64,000 bases of DNA from an uncultured Ruminococcus sp. (GTDB lineage Bacteria > Bacillota > Clostridia > Oscillospirales > CAG-272), in the NCBI GenBank assembly GCA_902795355.1, contig CADBKZ010000003.1:37516-101515 (forward strand). The letters run 5' to 3'. Of this stretch, positions 30,479 through 42,210 are shown piece by piece (the first letter of the stretch is position 1; every line of letters starts with the position of its first letter). A program made the position numbers and the translations under genes. The notes below the pieces were generated by a model. It made no database searches, was not told the origin of the DNA, and worked only from the letters and a program-made list of their open reading frames with translations.

Positions 30479-31831
30479 TCAATCAAGGAAGCCCTTGTAG
30501 TTCCGCATCGACATTTGCGCTTCAATATCCTGTGCGGTTTCCAGCGCAACGCCAACCACGATCAGAAGCGAGGAACCGCCGAACGTTGCCAGTCTTGCAA
30601 AATCGGGGATCGTTGCGCCGATGATCATCGGAACGCCCGCAACCAACACAAGGAAAATGGCTCCGAGCGTAGTAATGCGGTTCAGGATCTTCTTAATATA
30701 ATCCGAAGTGGGCTTTCCGGGGCGAATCCCGGGGATGGAACCGCCCTGACTTCTGATGTTGTTCGCCACTTCCACGGGGTTGAACGAAATCATGATATAG
30801 AAATAGGAGAACAGGAAGATCAGAATGATATAGGCGATGATATACGCGGGCGTGCCCGAATCCAACCACGTATTAACGAATTTTTTGAACCCGCCGCCCG
30901 TGAAGTTCGCGATGGTGGGCAGGATCGAAACGATGGAGCTGGCAAAGATGATCGGCATAACGCCGGCCATGTTGAGTTTCAGCGGCAGGTTGCTGTTCTG
31001 TCCGCCGTACATCTTGCGCCCGACCACTCTCTTTGCGTATTGGATCGGGATCCGACGCTCGGAGTTCGTGAACCAGACGATGATGCCGACCAGCAGGATG
31101 AACGCCGCCAAATAGGCAACCACTTCCACAATGCCGATAACAAGCTCTTTTCCGGTTGCCCACGCGGCTCCGCCGCTGATGGTGTACTCGGTGCTGCTTT
31201 TAAGCAGGTTGATCAGCTCCGTTACCATGGTTGCTCCGCGCGAAATGATGTTCGCGAAGAGGATAATGGAAATGCCGTTGCCGATTCCCCGCTCGGTAAT
31301 GCGCTCCGCCAGCCACATGATGAGCGCCGCGCCCGCGCAGAAGCTCGCAACCATCACCACCATACCGAAATAGTAAGCGGCGTTTTTGTTGGAACTGCTG
31401 ATGAGCAACAGGTCGTAGCTATCAAGGAGCTTCACATATCCGTATGCCGTGACCAACGCGAGGATGACCGTTACAATACGGGTATATTGGGTAATTTTCT
31501 TTTTGCCTTCTTCGCCCTGCTTGGAAAGCCGTTCCAACGCGGGAATGGCGATCGTGAGCAGTTGCATCACGATGGATGCGGTGATATACGGCGAAACCGA
31601 GAGCGCAAACAGCGTTGCCTGCTCGAACGCGCCGCCCGAGAAAAGCGAGAGCATACCGAAGATACCCGAGGTCATATTCGAGTACGCGACATTGGATTGG
31701 ATGGCTGTGACGTCAACGAACGGAACATAGAGGTTCGCACCGATACGGTACAGAAGAACGATGATAAGGGTGAAAAGCATTTTTTTCCGGAGGTCGGGAA
31801 TTTTCCACGCGTTCTTAAACGTCTGAAACAT
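30479..31831 (-). CDS. secY: Preprotein translocase SecY
   Basis: [32 protein letters not shown]. Confidence 0.98.
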   Translation of the reverse strand: MFQTFKNAWKIPDLRKKMLFTLIIVLLYRIGANLYVPFVDVTAIQSNVAYSNMTSGIFGMLSLFSGGAFEQATLFALSVSPYITASIVMQLLTIAIPALERLSKQGEEGKKKITQYTRIVTVILALVTAYGYVKLLDSYDLLLISSSNKNAAYYFGMVVMVASFCAGAALIMWLAERITERGIGNGISIILFANIISRGATMVTELINLLKSSTEYTISGGAAWATGKELVIGIVEVVAYLAAFILLVGIIVWFTNSERRIPIQYAKRVVGRKMYGGQNSNLPLKLNMAGVMPIIFASSIVSILPTIANFTGGGFKKFVNTWLDSGTPAYIIAYIILIFLFSYFYIMISFNPVEVANNIRSQGGSIPGIRPGKPTSDYIKKILNRITTLGAIFLVLVAGVPMIIGATIPDFARLATFGGSSLLIVVGVALETAQDIEAQMSMRNYKGFLD

Positions 31832-31833
31832 CC

Positions 31834-32274
31834 TTATACCTCCTCTGCCTTACCGCCTGCCGCCTCGATCTTCTCCTTTGCGGCCGCGGAAAACGCCGCC
31901 GCTTTGACAGTCAGTTTCTTGGTAAGAGCGCCGTTGCCGAGGACTTTCACGCCGTCCATCGGCTTGCGGATGATTCTTGCCGCGAGAAGGACTTCGGTAT
32001 CCACTACCGTTTCATCCACGAATCTTTCAAGGTCGCTCACATTCACGGTTGCGTAGTTGACCGCAAACCGGTTGTGGAAACCTCTCTTCGGGTGCGTTCT
32101 GTAAATCGGGAACTGTCCGCCCTCAAACCCGGGTCTCACACCGCCGCCGGAGCGCGCGTTCTGTCCCTTATGACCCTTGCCGGCGGTTTTTCCGTTTCCG
32201 GAACCCGCGCCTCTTCCCTTGCGCCAAGCGGCTTTCGCCGAACCCTCGGCAGGAGAAAGTTCATGAAGTTTCAT
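31834..32274 (-). CDS. rplO: 50S ribosomal protein L15
   Basis: [19 protein letters not shown]...GFEGGQ. Confidence 0.98.
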   Translation of the reverse strand: MKLHELSPAEGSAKAAWRKGRGAGSGNGKTAGKGHKGQNARSGGGVRPGFEGGQFPIYRTHPKRGFHNRFAVNYATVNVSDLERFVDETVVDTEVLLAARIIRKPMDGVKVLGNGALTKKLTVKAAAFSAAAKEKIEAAGGKAEEV

Positions 32275-32289
32275 TCTGCATACCCTCCT

Positions 32290-32475
32290 TTAAGCGTTCT
32301 CTTCCACGGTTTCCACCGCGACGAGATGTGCGAGAACACGAATTTTTCCGGCAAGCGCGGCATCGTCCTTCTGAACGGTGCTGTCGCCGATTTTTTTCAG
32401 CCCGAGGGTCTGCGCGGTGGCCTTTTGTTTCGGCAGCGCGCCGATCAGGCTCTTTTTCAAAGTTACCTTTTTCAT
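32290..32475 (-). CDS. rpmD: 50S ribosomal protein L30
   Basis: VTLKKSLIG...LGLKKI...HLV; canonical position. Confidence 0.93.
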   Translation of the reverse strand: MKKVTLKKSLIGALPKQKATAQTLGLKKIGDSTVQKDDAALAGKIRVLAHLVAVETVEENA

Positions 32476-32488
32476 GTTCCGCACCTCC

Positions 32489-32995
32489 TCAAGCCTTTTT
32501 GACCTGCTCCACCGGAATGTCGCGGATTTTCGCAACTTCCTCGGCGGTGCGCAGCTCCTTCAAGCCTTCCATCGTCGCTTTTACAACGTTGGTGGGGTTG
32601 TTGGAGCGCAGGCACTTCGCGCGAATGTTCTTGATGCCGGCGGCTTCGAGGACCATACGAACCTTGCCGCCCGCAATGATACCGGTACCGGGGGCGGCGG
32701 GTTTCAGGAGAACCTTGCCCGCTCCGAACACGCCGATCACCTCGTGGGGGATCGAAGTTCCTTTCAGCGAAACCGTTACCATATTCTTCTTTGCGTCCTC
32801 AATTCCCTTGCGGATCGCCTCGGGAACTTCGGCCGCCTTACCGAGACCGACGCCTACGTGACCTGCGCCGTCGCCGACGACCATCAGCGCGGCGAAACGA
32901 GCGATACGACCGCCTTTGACCGTTTTGGAAACACGGTTCAGAGAGATCAGTTGCTCTTTCAAGTCATGCTCGGCCGGATTGAATTTTTCTGCCAT
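32489..32995 (-). CDS. rpsE: 30S ribosomal protein S5
   Basis: [11 protein letters not shown]...[12 protein letters not shown]. Confidence 0.98.
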   Translation of the reverse strand: MAEKFNPAEHDLKEQLISLNRVSKTVKGGRIARFAALMVVGDGAGHVGVGLGKAAEVPEAIRKGIEDAKKNMVTVSLKGTSIPHEVIGVFGAGKVLLKPAAPGTGIIAGGKVRMVLEAAGIKNIRAKCLRSNNPTNVVKATMEGLKELRTAEEVAKIRDIPVEQVKKA

Positions 32996-33050
32996 TGTTT
33001 TTCCTCCAATTTGTTCAATAAAATGATTGAACAGTGTATAAACCGGAAAA

Positions 33051-33410
33051 TCAGAACTTCAGGCCGCCCTCGCGAGCGCCTTCCGCCAGTTCCGATACAC
33101 GTCCGTGATACAGATAGCCTCCGCGGTCGAACACGACCTCGGTAATGCCTGCTGCGATCGCTTTTTCCGCAATCTGTTTGCCGATCTCTCTTGCCGCGGC
33201 CTTGTTGCCGCCGTTTTCCGTAAAGCCGTTTCCGAAAGTGGAAGCGCTGACCAACGTTACGCCCTTCACATCATCAATGATCTGCGCGCTGATGTTCGCG
33301 TTGGAACGGTAGACGGCCAAGCGCGGACGCTCCGCGGTTCCGGAGATTTTTGCTCTGACTCTCTTGTGTCTTTTCAGACGAGCCTTGTTCGCGTCTTTTC
33401 TGGATACCAT
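33051..33410 (-). CDS. rplR: 50S ribosomal protein L18
   Basis: RPRLAVYRS...[12 protein letters not shown]. Confidence 0.98.
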   Translation of the reverse strand: MVSRKDANKARLKRHKRVRAKISGTAERPRLAVYRSNANISAQIIDDVKGVTLVSASTFGNGFTENGGNKAAAREIGKQIAEKAIAAGITEVVFDRGGYLYHGRVSELAEGAREGGLKF

Positions 33411-33429
33411 GTCACTTCACTCCTTTCGA

Positions 33430-33999
33430 TTATTTGCCCTTGCCGGCCTTACCAGCCTTGCGGCGGATATGCTCTTCGGCGTATTTCACACCCTTGCCGT
33501 GGTACGGCTCGGGCGGTCTCTTCCCGCGGATCACCGCCGCGGTCTGCCCAACCAGCTGCTTATCGATTCCCTTTACGATAATCGTGTTGGAATCCGGTAC
33601 GTCAAAGGTGATTCCGTTCTCCTCGGTCAGGCAGAATTTTGCCTGCGGGAGACCCGTGGACACCAGCGAGTGGCCGAGATAGAGCTGAATGGTTTTGCCC
33701 TGTTTCACAACCTTATAGCCGACGCCGACAATTTCGAGCTTCTTCGAGAATCCTTCGGTTACGCCAACCACCATGTTGTGGAGCAGCGCGCGGGTGAGCC
33801 CATGAAGGCTCTTGTCTTCCTTTTCATCCGTGGGGCGGGTGATAACGATCTCCGCTCCCTCAACCCGAATGGTCATGCGGGGGCTGAACGTTTCGGTAAG
33901 CGTTCCGAGCTTGCCTTTTACCGTTACAACATTGTTCTCGGCAACGTCAACGGTAACTCCCGCGGGGATCGCAATGGGCATTCTTCCGATTCTTGACAT
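33430..33999 (-). CDS. rplF: 50S ribosomal protein L6
   Basis: MSRIGR...PEPYHGKG. Confidence 0.98.
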   Translation of the reverse strand: MSRIGRMPIAIPAGVTVDVAENNVVTVKGKLGTLTETFSPRMTIRVEGAEIVITRPTDEKEDKSLHGLTRALLHNMVVGVTEGFSKKLEIVGVGYKVVKQGKTIQLYLGHSLVSTGLPQAKFCLTEENGITFDVPDSNTIIVKGIDKQLVGQTAAVIRGKRPPEPYHGKGVKYAEEHIRRKAGKAGKGK

Positions 34000-34020
34000 T
34001 TCAGTTACCTCCCATTCCGA

Positions 34021-34419
34021 TTACCAGACGAACGCAAGAACTTCGCCGCCAACGTTGAGTTCGCGCGCTTTCTTGCCCGTCATGATACCCTTGGATGTGG
34101 AAACGATCGCAATGCCGAGGCCGTTCATCACGTTGGGCATATCCTCGCAGCCCGCGTAAATACGCAAGCCGGGCTTGGATACGCGGCGGATGCCGCGAAG
34201 AACCTTCTGCTTGCCGGGGAGATATTTCAGGGTAACGCGAATGGTTCCCTGCTTATCGTCCTCGATCACCTGATAGGACTTCACATAGCCCTCCTCAACG
34301 AGGATCTGGGCAATTGCTTTTTTCATGTTGGATGCCGGAATGTCCACTGTCTGGTGCTTCGCGTCGTTCGCGTTGCGAATGCGGGTGAGCATATCGGCGA
34401 TTACGTCTGACATTTGCAT
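34021..34419 (-). CDS. rpsH: 30S ribosomal protein S8
   Basis: [11 protein letters not shown]...SKPGLRIY...GGEVL. Confidence 0.98.
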   Translation of the reverse strand: MQMSDVIADMLTRIRNANDAKHQTVDIPASNMKKAIAQILVEEGYVKSYQVIEDDKQGTIRVTLKYLPGKQKVLRGIRRVSKPGLRIYAGCEDMPNVMNGLGIAIVSTSKGIMTGKKARELNVGGEVLAFVW

Positions 34420-34541
34420 TTTTCTTTCCTCCTGATGCAAGTTATGTTTTCTTGCTGCCCTTTCGGGGCGGCATATCGGCGGTTAAACCGGATCGGCGTT
34501 CGCCGGTTTCCGATTTCCTGCCGATAGGTGGGGGTTGCGGT

Positions 34542-34727
34542 TTACCAAGAAGCCTTCTTTACGCCGGGAATCTCACCCTTATAGGCGAGGTTGCGGAAGC
34601 AAATGCGGCAAATGCCGAACTTGCGAAGGTAGGCATGCGGGCGCCCGCAAATTTTGCAGCGGTTGTATTTTCTCGAAGAAAACTTCGGGTCTTTCTGCTG
34701 CTTGAGAATCATGGATCTCTTTGCCAT
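34542..34727 (-). CDS. rpsZ: 30S ribosomal protein S14, zinc-binding (type Z)
   Basis: 61 aa, CKICGR...CRICFR. Confidence 0.97.
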   Translation of the reverse strand: MAKRSMILKQQKDPKFSSRKYNRCKICGRPHAYLRKFGICRICFRNLAYKGEIPGVKKASW

Positions 34728-34745
34728 CGTTATTTACCTCCCTGA

Positions 34746-35285
34746 TTATTTCGCGAACGGAGCGCCGAACAGCGTCAGCAGCTCGCGTGCTTCTTCATCG
34801 GTGTTTGCCGTTGTAACGAAGCAAATATCCATGCCGCGGATCTTATCCACCTTATCGTATTCGATTTCGGGGAAGATCAACTGCTCTTTCAACCCGAGCG
34901 CGTAGTTTCCGCGTCCGTCGAACGCGTTGGGGTTAATCCCCTTGAAGTCGCGCACTTTCGGGAGCGCAAAGTTGAAAAGTCTGTCCATAAACTCGTACAT
35001 TCTGTCGCCGCGAAGCGTCACTTTCGCTCCGATCTTCATGCCCTGACGGATCTTGAAGTTCGCAACCGATTTCTTCGCAGTGGTTGCGATCGCTTTCTGA
35101 CCGGTGATAATCGCCAGATCGTTCAGAACCGCATCCAGAGCCTTGGAGTTGTCTTTCGCTTCGCCGACGCCGACGTTGACAACGATCTTGTCGAGCTTCG
35201 GAATCTGCATCACGCTCTTGTAGTTGAATTTCTTCATGAGGGCGGGGGCAATGTCGGCCTTATAAAGTTCTTTCAGTCTTGCCAT
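34746..35285 (-). CDS. rplE: 50S ribosomal protein L5
   Basis: ITGQK...FDGRGNY...IFPEI. Confidence 0.98.
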   Translation of the reverse strand: MARLKELYKADIAPALMKKFNYKSVMQIPKLDKIVVNVGVGEAKDNSKALDAVLNDLAIITGQKAIATTAKKSVANFKIRQGMKIGAKVTLRGDRMYEFMDRLFNFALPKVRDFKGINPNAFDGRGNYALGLKEQLIFPEIEYDKVDKIRGMDICFVTTANTDEEARELLTLFGAPFAK

Positions 35286-35299
35286 TGTTCATTCCCTCC

Positions 35300-35617
35300 T
35301 CAATCGAATTTGTGTCCGCATTTTGCGCACACACGGATTTTTTTGTCGCCGCTCACATCGTTTTTGGTGCGAACGCCTTTCTTGCAATCGGGGCAATAGA
35401 GCGCAACCTTGCTTGCGTAAATCGCGCCCTCGGCGTCAATAATGCCGCCGCTCTCGCCCTGCTTGCGGGGCTTGACATGCTTATGAATGATGTTTGCTCC
35501 CTTCACAAGCACTTTGCCCTCTGCGGGAGAGGTTGCGATAACCTCGCCCGTTACGCCCTTGTCGTCGCCCGAGAGGACCACAACGGTATCGCCTTTTTTG
35601 ATATGCAGATTTGCCAT
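35300..35617 (-). CDS. rplX: 50S ribosomal protein L24
   Basis: IKKGDTVVVLSGDDKG KOW motif. Confidence 0.97.
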   Translation of the reverse strand: MANLHIKKGDTVVVLSGDDKGVTGEVIATSPAEGKVLVKGANIIHKHVKPRKQGESGGIIDAEGAIYASKVALYCPDCKKGVRTKNDVSGDKKIRVCAKCGHKFD

Positions 35618-35631
35618 TGTTCGTTACCTCC

Positions 35632-36000
35632 TCAAAGCACTTCGGGCGCGAGAGAAAGAATTTTCAGATATTCCTTCTCGCGGAGCTCTCTTGCAACCGG
35701 CCCGAAAATACGGGTTCCGCGCGGGGTTTTATCCTCGCGGATGATCACGGCCGCGTTTTCATCGAATTTGATATAAGAGCCGTCCGCTCTCTTCATGCCG
35801 TGCACGGTTCTGACAACCACCGCCTTTACGACCTCGCCTTTTTTGACGACGCCGCCGGGAGCCGCTTTCTTGACCGCGCAGACAACAACATCGCCGATAT
35901 TGGCATATCTTCTGCCCGTTCCGCCGAGGACTCTGATGCACATCAATTCCTTGGCGCCCGTGTTATCGGCAACTTTCATTAAACTTTGTTGCTGAATCAC
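35632..36000 (-). CDS. rplN: 50S ribosomal protein L14
   Basis: VADNTGAK...GTRIFGPV...SLAPEVL; GTG start. Confidence 0.98.
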   Translation of the reverse strand: MIQQQSLMKVADNTGAKELMCIRVLGGTGRRYANIGDVVVCAVKKAAPGGVVKKGEVVKAVVVRTVHGMKRADGSYIKFDENAAVIIREDKTPRGTRIFGPVARELREKEYLKILSLAPEVL

Positions 36001-36086
36001 TTTTCTTTCCTCCTACTGATTCAATACGCTACGACGTATCTACTATTCGTGAATAAGTGAACTTTTTTCATCATCGTCCGGCGGAA

Positions 36087-36347
36087 TTACTTCGCCTTTT
36101 CGATGATTTCGACCACGCGCCATCTTTTGGTTTTGGAAAGCGGTCTTGTTTCCATGAGGCGAACTCTGTCACCAACCCCGCAGGCGTTTTCGTCGTCCTG
36201 CGCATGCAGTTTCAGGGTTCTCTTCACGATCTTGCCGTAAAGAGGATGCTTCACGTTATCCTGTACGGCAACCACAACGGTTTTGTCCATTTTATCGCTG
36301 ACGACAATTCCGACTCTGGTTTTTCTCAATGCTCTTTCTTCTGCCAT
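36087..36347 (-). CDS. rpsQ: 30S ribosomal protein S17
   Basis: VVSDKMDKT...[11 protein letters not shown]. Confidence 0.98.
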   Translation of the reverse strand: MAEERALRKTRVGIVVSDKMDKTVVVAVQDNVKHPLYGKIVKRTLKLHAQDDENACGVGDRVRLMETRPLSKTKRWRVVEIIEKAK

Positions 36348-36353
36348 AACCGG

Positions 36354-36551
36354 TTAAGCCTCCTCTTTCTTCATCTCTTGAAGAACTGTCATGACACGCG
36401 CGATGTCATGCTTTACTTCGGTCATCTTATGAGGGTTATCCAACTGATTGATCGCATGTTGGAAGCGAAGGTTGAACAGCTCGGTTTTGAGCTCTTTCAG
36501 CTTTTCTTCCAGCGCCTCGACAGACATTTTTCTGAGTTCCGCTGCTTTCAT
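36354..36551 (-). CDS. rpmC: 50S ribosomal protein L29
   Basis: ELFNLRFQ...DIARVMT. Confidence 0.97.
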   Translation of the reverse strand: MKAAELRKMSVEALEEKLKELKTELFNLRFQHAINQLDNPHKMTEVKHDIARVMTVLQEMKKEEA

Positions 36552-36555
36552 CGTT

Positions 36556-36981
36556 TCAGCCCTCCTTCTCTTCGGATGCCTTGGTGACAAACTTTGTCTT
36601 GATGGGCAGTTTGTGCCCCGCAAGACGCATTGCTTCCTTTGCAACATCCTCGGCTACGCCGTCCATCTCGAACAGGACGCGCCCCGGCTTGACCACGGCC
36701 ACCCAATACTCGGGCGAACCTTTACCGGAACCCATTCGGGTTTCGGCCGGTTTTTCCGTAATCGGCTTATCGGGGAAGATTTTGATCCAGACCTGACCGC
36801 CGCGGCGGATATAACGCGTCATAGCGATACGCGCCGCTTCAATCTGGTTGCTGGTGATCCATGCGGGCTCCAACGCCACGAGACCGTAGGAACCGTTGCT
36901 GATGGTGGTTCCACGGGAAGCCTTGCCCTTCATTCTGCCGCGCTGAACGCGACGGAATTTGACTCTTTTCGGCATTAACAT
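36556..36981 (-). CDS. rplP: 50S ribosomal protein L16
   Basis: MLMPKRVK...RMGSGKG. Confidence 0.98.
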   Translation of the reverse strand: MLMPKRVKFRRVQRGRMKGKASRGTTISNGSYGLVALEPAWITSNQIEAARIAMTRYIRRGGQVWIKIFPDKPITEKPAETRMGSGKGSPEYWVAVVKPGRVLFEMDGVAEDVAKEAMRLAGHKLPIKTKFVTKASEEKEG

Positions 36982-36984
36982 AAC

Positions 36985-37803
36985 TTACTTCGCGCCTCCT
37001 TCTTTCGGCGTTCTCTCGCGGCGTTCTCCGCCGTTGCCGCGCGGCGCGCCGGTTCTTTGACCGTCGCGGCGTCCGCCTTCACGGCGATCGCCTCTCGGGC
37101 CGCGATTGTCGCGTCTGTCGCCGCGGCGATCGTCTCTGCGGTCGCGTCTTTGGTTGCTTCCGGGGCGGTTGACCTCGTTGAGGATCTCGCCCTTGTAGAT
37201 CCAAACCTTAACGCCGATCTTGCCATACGTGGTGTTTGCTTCCGCAAAGCCGTATTCAATGTCCGCGCGCAGGGTTTGAAGCGGAATGGTTCCCTCGTGG
37301 TAATGCTCGCTGCGCGCGATGTCCGCGCCGGCGAGACGCCCGCCGCAGTTGACCTTGATTCCGCGCGCGCCGAGGCGCATGGTGTTCCGGATGGCCATTT
37401 TCATGGCGCGGCGGAACGCAACGCGGTTCTCGATTTGCTTTGCGATGTTCTCGGCAACCAGCTGCGCGTCGAGGTCGGGCTGGCGGATCTCAACCACGTT
37501 GAGCGCCACAGGCATTCCAACCATTTTTTCGAGCTGCTGACGGTACTTCTCAATCTCGGAGCCGCCGCGCCCGATCACCATGCCCGGTTTCGCGCAATTG
37601 ATGAACACACGGACTCTATGCCCGTCGCGCTCGATTTCGATTTTGGAAATTCCCGCATCGTACAGGGTCTTTTTGAGATACCTGCGGACGTTATAGTCGG
37701 AAACAAGGGTATCGCCGAACGTTTCGTCCTTGGCGAACCATCTCGAATCCCAGTTTTTAATCACACCCACTCTGAGACCGTGGGGGTTTACTTTCTGTCC
37801 CAT
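36985..37803 (-). CDS. rpsC: 30S ribosomal protein S3
   Basis: [11 protein letters not shown]...PLQTLRADI; Arg/Asp/Gly-rich tail. Confidence 0.98.
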   Translation of the reverse strand: MGQKVNPHGLRVGVIKNWDSRWFAKDETFGDTLVSDYNVRRYLKKTLYDAGISKIEIERDGHRVRVFINCAKPGMVIGRGGSEIEKYRQQLEKMVGMPVALNVVEIRQPDLDAQLVAENIAKQIENRVAFRRAMKMAIRNTMRLGARGIKVNCGGRLAGADIARSEHYHEGTIPLQTLRADIEYGFAEANTTYGKIGVKVWIYKGEILNEVNRPGSNQRRDRRDDRRGDRRDNRGPRGDRREGGRRDGQRTGAPRGNGGERRERTPKEGGAK

Positions 37804-37820
37804 TCTGTTGTTTCCTCCTT

Positions 37821-38156
37821 TCAGTCTCTTTCTTTCACAACCATGGTAACATGGCTGGTTCTCTTCAAGATGCGGTCTGCGCTGCCCTTCGCGCGGGGCA
37901 TAATCCGTTTCAGGGTCGGGCCCGCGGTTACGAAGCATTCGGAAACATACAGTTTGGATGCATCCATGTGGAAATTGTTTTCCGCGTTTGCAATCGCGCT
38001 GCGGAGCAGCTTGATCAGTAATTCCGAGGCGGCTCTCGGTTTGTTTTGAAGAATCCCCATTGCGGCTGCCGCGTCCTTACCACGGATCAGGTCGAGCACG
38101 ACCTTTACCTTGCGCGGGGAAATTCTTGCGTATTTCAAATATGCTTTTGCTTCCAT
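37821..38156 (-). CDS. rplV: 50S ribosomal protein L22
   Basis: RISPRK...SAIANAENN...KRTSH. Confidence 0.98.
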   Translation of the reverse strand: MEAKAYLKYARISPRKVKVVLDLIRGKDAAAAMGILQNKPRAASELLIKLLRSAIANAENNFHMDASKLYVSECFVTAGPTLKRIMPRAKGSADRILKRTSHVTMVVKERD

Positions 38157-38180
38157 GTTGAAATGAACCTCCCTTTACAA

Positions 38181-38462
38181 TTACTTACCGTTGTTGGACG
38201 TTTTGGAGCCGGCGTGTCCCTTAAAGGTGCGCGTGGGCGCAAACTCGCCGAGCTTGTGGCCGACCATATCCTCGGTGATATACACGGGGATGTGTTTTCT
38301 GCCGTCGTGAACGGCAATGGTGTGTCCCACAAATTCGGGGAAAATGGTGGACGCGCGGGACCAGGTTTTGAGAACCTTTTTCTCGCCGTTGGCGTTCATA
38401 GCGCTGATGCGATTGAAGAGCTTTTCTTCAACATAAGGTGCTTTTTTCAGGCTTCTGCTCAT
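38181..38462 (-). CDS. rpsS: 30S ribosomal protein S19
   Basis: KTWSRAS...[11 protein letters not shown]. Confidence 0.98.
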   Translation of the reverse strand: MSRSLKKAPYVEEKLFNRISAMNANGEKKVLKTWSRASTIFPEFVGHTIAVHDGRKHIPVYITEDMVGHKLGEFAPTRTFKGHAGSKTSNNGK

Positions 38463-38476
38463 TTTACATTCCCTCC

Positions 38477-39310
38477 TTATTTCGCGTTTCTGCGCTTAAC
38501 GATGAACTTATTGGTGCGCGCCTTCTTGTTGCGGGTCTTATAACCCAAAGCAGGCTTGCCCCACGGCGTTACGGGGCCGGGGTGGCCGATGGGCGATTTG
38601 CCCTCGCCGCCGCCGTGCGGGTGGTCGCAGGGGTTCATAACCGAGCCGCGGACCGTCGGGCGGATGCCCTTGTGTCTCGTTTTACCCGCTTTGCCGACCT
38701 TTACCGTATCATGCTCGACGTTGCCGATCTGGCCGATGGTCGCCTTGCAATCCAACCGGATGAAGCGGACTTCTCCCGAAGGAAGCCGTATCTGCGCCAT
38801 GCCGTTGTCCTCTTTGGAGATCAACTGCGCCATGGCGCCCGCAGAGCGAACCAGCTGCGCGCCTTTCCCGGGGTAGATCTCAATATTGTTGATCACGGTA
38901 CCGACGGGGATATTGGCGATGGGAAGCGTGTTTCCGGGTTTAATGTCGGCTTCGGGGCCGGAGTACACCACATCGCCGGTTTTGAGTCCCTCGGGGGCGA
39001 TCACATAGCTCTTCTTCCCCTCGGTGTCCTCCAACAGGGCGATATACGCCGTTCTGTTGGGGTCGTACTCAATGCCGAGAACCTTGTTTGCATTGGGGTT
39101 CTGGCGTTTGAAATCGATGATGCGGTACTTGATCTTGTTGCCGCCGCCTCTATGGCGGACGGTGATGCGCCCGTAGCTGTTACGGCCGGAGTGTTTCTTC
39201 TTCGTAACAATCAGGCTTTTCTCCGGAGAGAACTTGGTAATTTCCTCGAAAGAAGGAACGGACATGTTTCTTCTCGCCGGTGTTGTGGGTTTATACTTTA
39301 CCGTTGGCAT
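38477..39310 (-). CDS. rplB: 50S ribosomal protein L2
   Basis: EYDPNR...[13 protein letters not shown]. Confidence 0.99.
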   Translation of the reverse strand: MPTVKYKPTTPARRNMSVPSFEEITKFSPEKSLIVTKKKHSGRNSYGRITVRHRGGGNKIKYRIIDFKRQNPNANKVLGIEYDPNRTAYIALLEDTEGKKSYVIAPEGLKTGDVVYSGPEADIKPGNTLPIANIPVGTVINNIEIYPGKGAQLVRSAGAMAQLISKEDNGMAQIRLPSGEVRFIRLDCKATIGQIGNVEHDTVKVGKAGKTRHKGIRPTVRGSVMNPCDHPHGGGEGKSPIGHPGPVTPWGKPALGYKTRNKKARTNKFIVKRRNAK

Positions 39311-39328
39311 TTCGTTTCCCTCCTTCTG

Positions 39329-39634
39329 TTAGTTCAAGCCCTCGAAGAACTCGATCTCGCCGGAATCGGGAGTCAGCGTTACGATCGCTTTCTTCCATTC
39401 GGACGTATATCCGGAATGGACGCCGAGTCTCTTGGGTTTCTTCTTCATGTTGATGGTGCGAACGCTCGCAACCTTGATTTTGCTCGAGGCAAACACTTCC
39501 TCAACCGCTTTTGCGATCTCCGGTTTGGTTGCATCCTTTGCAACTTCAAACACGTAGGTTTTGCGGGGGAGCAGATCCATTGCCGCTTCCGTGATGATCG
39601 GCCGGATGATAATATCTTGAGCGAATTTCATCAC
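39329..39634 (-). CDS. rplW: 50S ribosomal protein L23
   Basis: PIITE...WKKAIVTL. Confidence 0.97.
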   Translation of the reverse strand: MMKFAQDIIIRPIITEAAMDLLPRKTYVFEVAKDATKPEIAKAVEEVFASSKIKVASVRTINMKKKPKRLGVHSGYTSEWKKAIVTLTPDSGEIEFFEGLN

Positions 39635-40344
39635 GCGTACACCTCCTCGAGTTTCTTAACAGCCTCAACGGTCAGAACCACCTTTTCGGCTTTGAGCACC
39701 TCGTAAACGTTGAGAACGCCTGCCTGCGTGGTTTCCACCTGCGGGATGTTGTTGCAGCTTCTGATCACGTTCTTATCGTTGCTATCCAGCACAACCAGCG
39801 CGCTTTGCGCCTTGACGGCCTCGCGGGTCTCGGTGCCGTGCTCCACCTGACCGTCCTTCACCGCAATGGTTTTGTAGGTCTTGGTGTAGGTCTTTTCAAA
39901 GCCGAGCGCCTTGAACATGGCAACCATGGCTTTGGTGGAAGGTTTCTCTTCCACTTTAATGCTGTCGATTACAACGAGATCGCCGTTCGCGACCTTATCG
40001 GAGAGTGCGCTGAACAGCGCCGCTCTGCGAACCTTCTTATTCAGCGCGAGGCGATAATCTCTCGGTTTCGGGCCGAGCGCCACGCCGCCGTGCGTCCACT
40101 GGGGAGAGCGGGTGGAACCCTGACGGGCTCTGCCGGTTCCCTTTTGTCTCCAAGGCTTTCTGCCGCCGCCGGAAACTTCCGTGCGGGTCAGCGTGGACTG
40201 CGTGCCTTGTCTTTGATTCATCAGATACGTTCTGACCGCGGCATGGAGAACAGCGCCGTTGACATCCGCACCGAAGATTTTATCATTCAGTGTCAGCTCG
40301 CCGACTTCTGCGCCGGACATATTGACGATTTTTACGACTGGCAT
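39631..40344 (-). CDS. rplD: 50S ribosomal protein L4
   Basis: RQGT...KPWRQKGTGRAR; internal insertion. Confidence 0.98.
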   Translation of the reverse strand: MPVVKIVNMSGAEVGELTLNDKIFGADVNGAVLHAAVRTYLMNQRQGTQSTLTRTEVSGGGRKPWRQKGTGRARQGSTRSPQWTHGGVALGPKPRDYRLALNKKVRRAALFSALSDKVANGDLVVIDSIKVEEKPSTKAMVAMFKALGFEKTYTKTYKTIAVKDGQVEHGTETREAVKAQSALVVLDSNDKNVIRSCNNIPQVETTQAGVLNVYEVLKAEKVVLTVEAVKKLEEVYA

Positions 40345-40364
40345 TGTTGTTTTCCTCCTTCCGC

Positions 40365-40994
40365 TTATGCTTTCACCGAATCGCGGATGAACACGATCCC
40401 GTCTTTTGCACCGGGAACCGCGCCCTTGATCGCGATCAGGTTCTTTTCCGTATCGATCTTCACCACTTTCAGGTTCAGAATCGTTACCTGCTCGTTACCG
40501 TATTGGCCAGCCATCTTCTTGTTCTTATAAACGCGGGACGGCGTGGAGTTTGCGCCCATGGAACCAACCTCGCGGTGGATCGGGCCAACGCCGTGGGTGG
40601 AGCACAGGGTGTGGTGGTTCCAACGCTTGACGGCGCCCGTGTATCCGCGGCCTTTCGTCATACCGGTTACATCGACCTTATCGCCTGCGGCGAAGGTATC
40701 GACGGTGACGAGATCGCCGACGTTTGCGGAGCAATCCTCCAAACGGAACTCCTTCAAGTGCTTCTTTGTGGGAACGTTCGCCGCGGCGAAATGTCCCTTT
40801 TCGGCCTTGGTCAGGTGCTTTTCCTTAACCTCTTCGAAACCGAGCTGCAATGCGTTGTAACCGTCGTTCTCAACGGTCTTTTTCTGTGCGACCACGCACG
40901 GGCCGGCCTCGATAACCGTAACCGGAATAACGTTGCCGATTTCATCAAAAATCTGCGTCATACCGATTTTCTTACCGATAATACCCTTTTTCAT
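40365..40994 (-). CDS. rplC: 50S ribosomal protein L3
   Basis: [10 protein letters not shown]...KGAVPG. Confidence 0.98.
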   Translation of the reverse strand: MKKGIIGKKIGMTQIFDEIGNVIPVTVIEAGPCVVAQKKTVENDGYNALQLGFEEVKEKHLTKAEKGHFAAANVPTKKHLKEFRLEDCSANVGDLVTVDTFAAGDKVDVTGMTKGRGYTGAVKRWNHHTLCSTHGVGPIHREVGSMGANSTPSRVYKNKKMAGQYGNEQVTILNLKVVKIDTEKNLIAIKGAVPGAKDGIVFIRDSVKA

Positions 40995-41143
40995 TTTGTT
41001 TTTCCTCCTGTAAATGATTGGTTGACGTGCAAAACGCCAACATGATTTACAAAGTTGCCGAACGCTTCGTCGGGTTAAGCCGAAGCTCGACTGTTGTCTT
41101 TGTGCCGCTCTGGCTGCGATGGAAGCGCTTGATACCAAGCCTG

Positions 41144-41455
41144 TTACAGCTTGACTTCGATCTCAACGCCGGCGGGAAGTTCTACGTTCATCAGGGCATC
41201 AACAACCTTTTGCGAGGGCTTGATGATGTCGATCAGTCTCTTGTGCGTGCGGTACTCGAACTGCTCGCGGCTATCCTTGTTCACGTGGACCGAACGAAGG
41301 ATCGTAATGATCTCGCGCTCGGTGGGAAGCGGGATCGGCCCCGAAACCTCGGCTCCGTTTCTGGTTGCAACCTCAACAATTTTCTTTGCCGCGGTGTCAA
41401 TCAGAACGTGATCGTAGCTTTTGAGTCTGACTCTGATCTTCTCTTTGATCGCCAT
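41144..41455 (-). CDS. rpsJ: 30S ribosomal protein S10
   Basis: GPIPLPT...DSREQFE. Confidence 0.98.
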   Translation of the reverse strand: MAIKEKIRVRLKSYDHVLIDTAAKKIVEVATRNGAEVSGPIPLPTEREIITILRSVHVNKDSREQFEYRTHKRLIDIIKPSQKVVDALMNVELPAGVEIEVKL

Positions 41456-41639
41456 TTTTGTTGCCTCCTTATCAGATTTCGCTTGCCACGGACGACCCTT
41501 ATATAAAAGGAAGTGATTCGCCGTGAACCGCGTATTCGGCAAGGTTGGCATTTCCTTCAACACTGTTCCGTGCGTTTCTTTTATCCCCTGAAAAATACGG
41601 AGTTTGCCTTGCGCATCAGCATCTGCCAAGGCAAATTCC

Positions 41640-41797
41640 GGGGAATTCAAAGAAACAAGCATGGAGCTTCGCCGCACGTTTGCGCCGTTTTGGAGTGTTT
41701 CAGTGCATACCTTTTCGCCCGGTTGACGGACATACTCCGCGAAAATTCCCTTTCGGGGCGTCCCCCAAAAGCAACCTTTCGCTTCATCGCATATCAA
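41640..41797 (-). ncRNA. S10-operon leader RNA (resembles the clostridial S10 leader motif)
   Basis: ~340-nt 5' UTR starting GCGATGAAGCGAAAGGTTGC...ATGTCCG..AACCGGGCGA with several hairpins; boundaries approximate. Confidence 0.6.
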
Positions 41798-41805
41798 GCT
41801 TTTCT

Positions 41806-41834
41806 ATTATATCAAAACTTTCCTTTTTTGTCAA
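41806..41834 (-). promoter_or_regulatory. S10 operon sigma-A promoter
   Basis: Perfect TTGACA-17-TATAAT with extended TG. Confidence 0.9.
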
Positions 41835-42210
41835 CACTTTTTCGGAACTTATTTGTAGAAATTTCAAAAGTTTTTCAGGATAATATTGTTTATAACAAAC
41901 AAAAATCGGGGCTTTTTCAGTCTTTTTGCACCTTCGATGCGTCTTTTTCGGTTTGTATCAAGCCGAAAATTTCGTTCAAAAGAGAGATTATTTCAATTTT
42001 TCTACAACACGCGTCCGTGCGTTTTCTTCGCTCGGCAAGATACAGAATACCACATTTTCGCGAATTTGTCAATTGTTTTTGATTCTTTTTTTCATTCATA
42101 GGCAAATTGTCACATTTTATTCACATTTGTGCGTTATAATAGATAGGATAGATCGGTTCCGGCGCCGCCTTGCGGCAACGGGACCGCAAAACCGAACAGA
42201 GGAACTGCCT

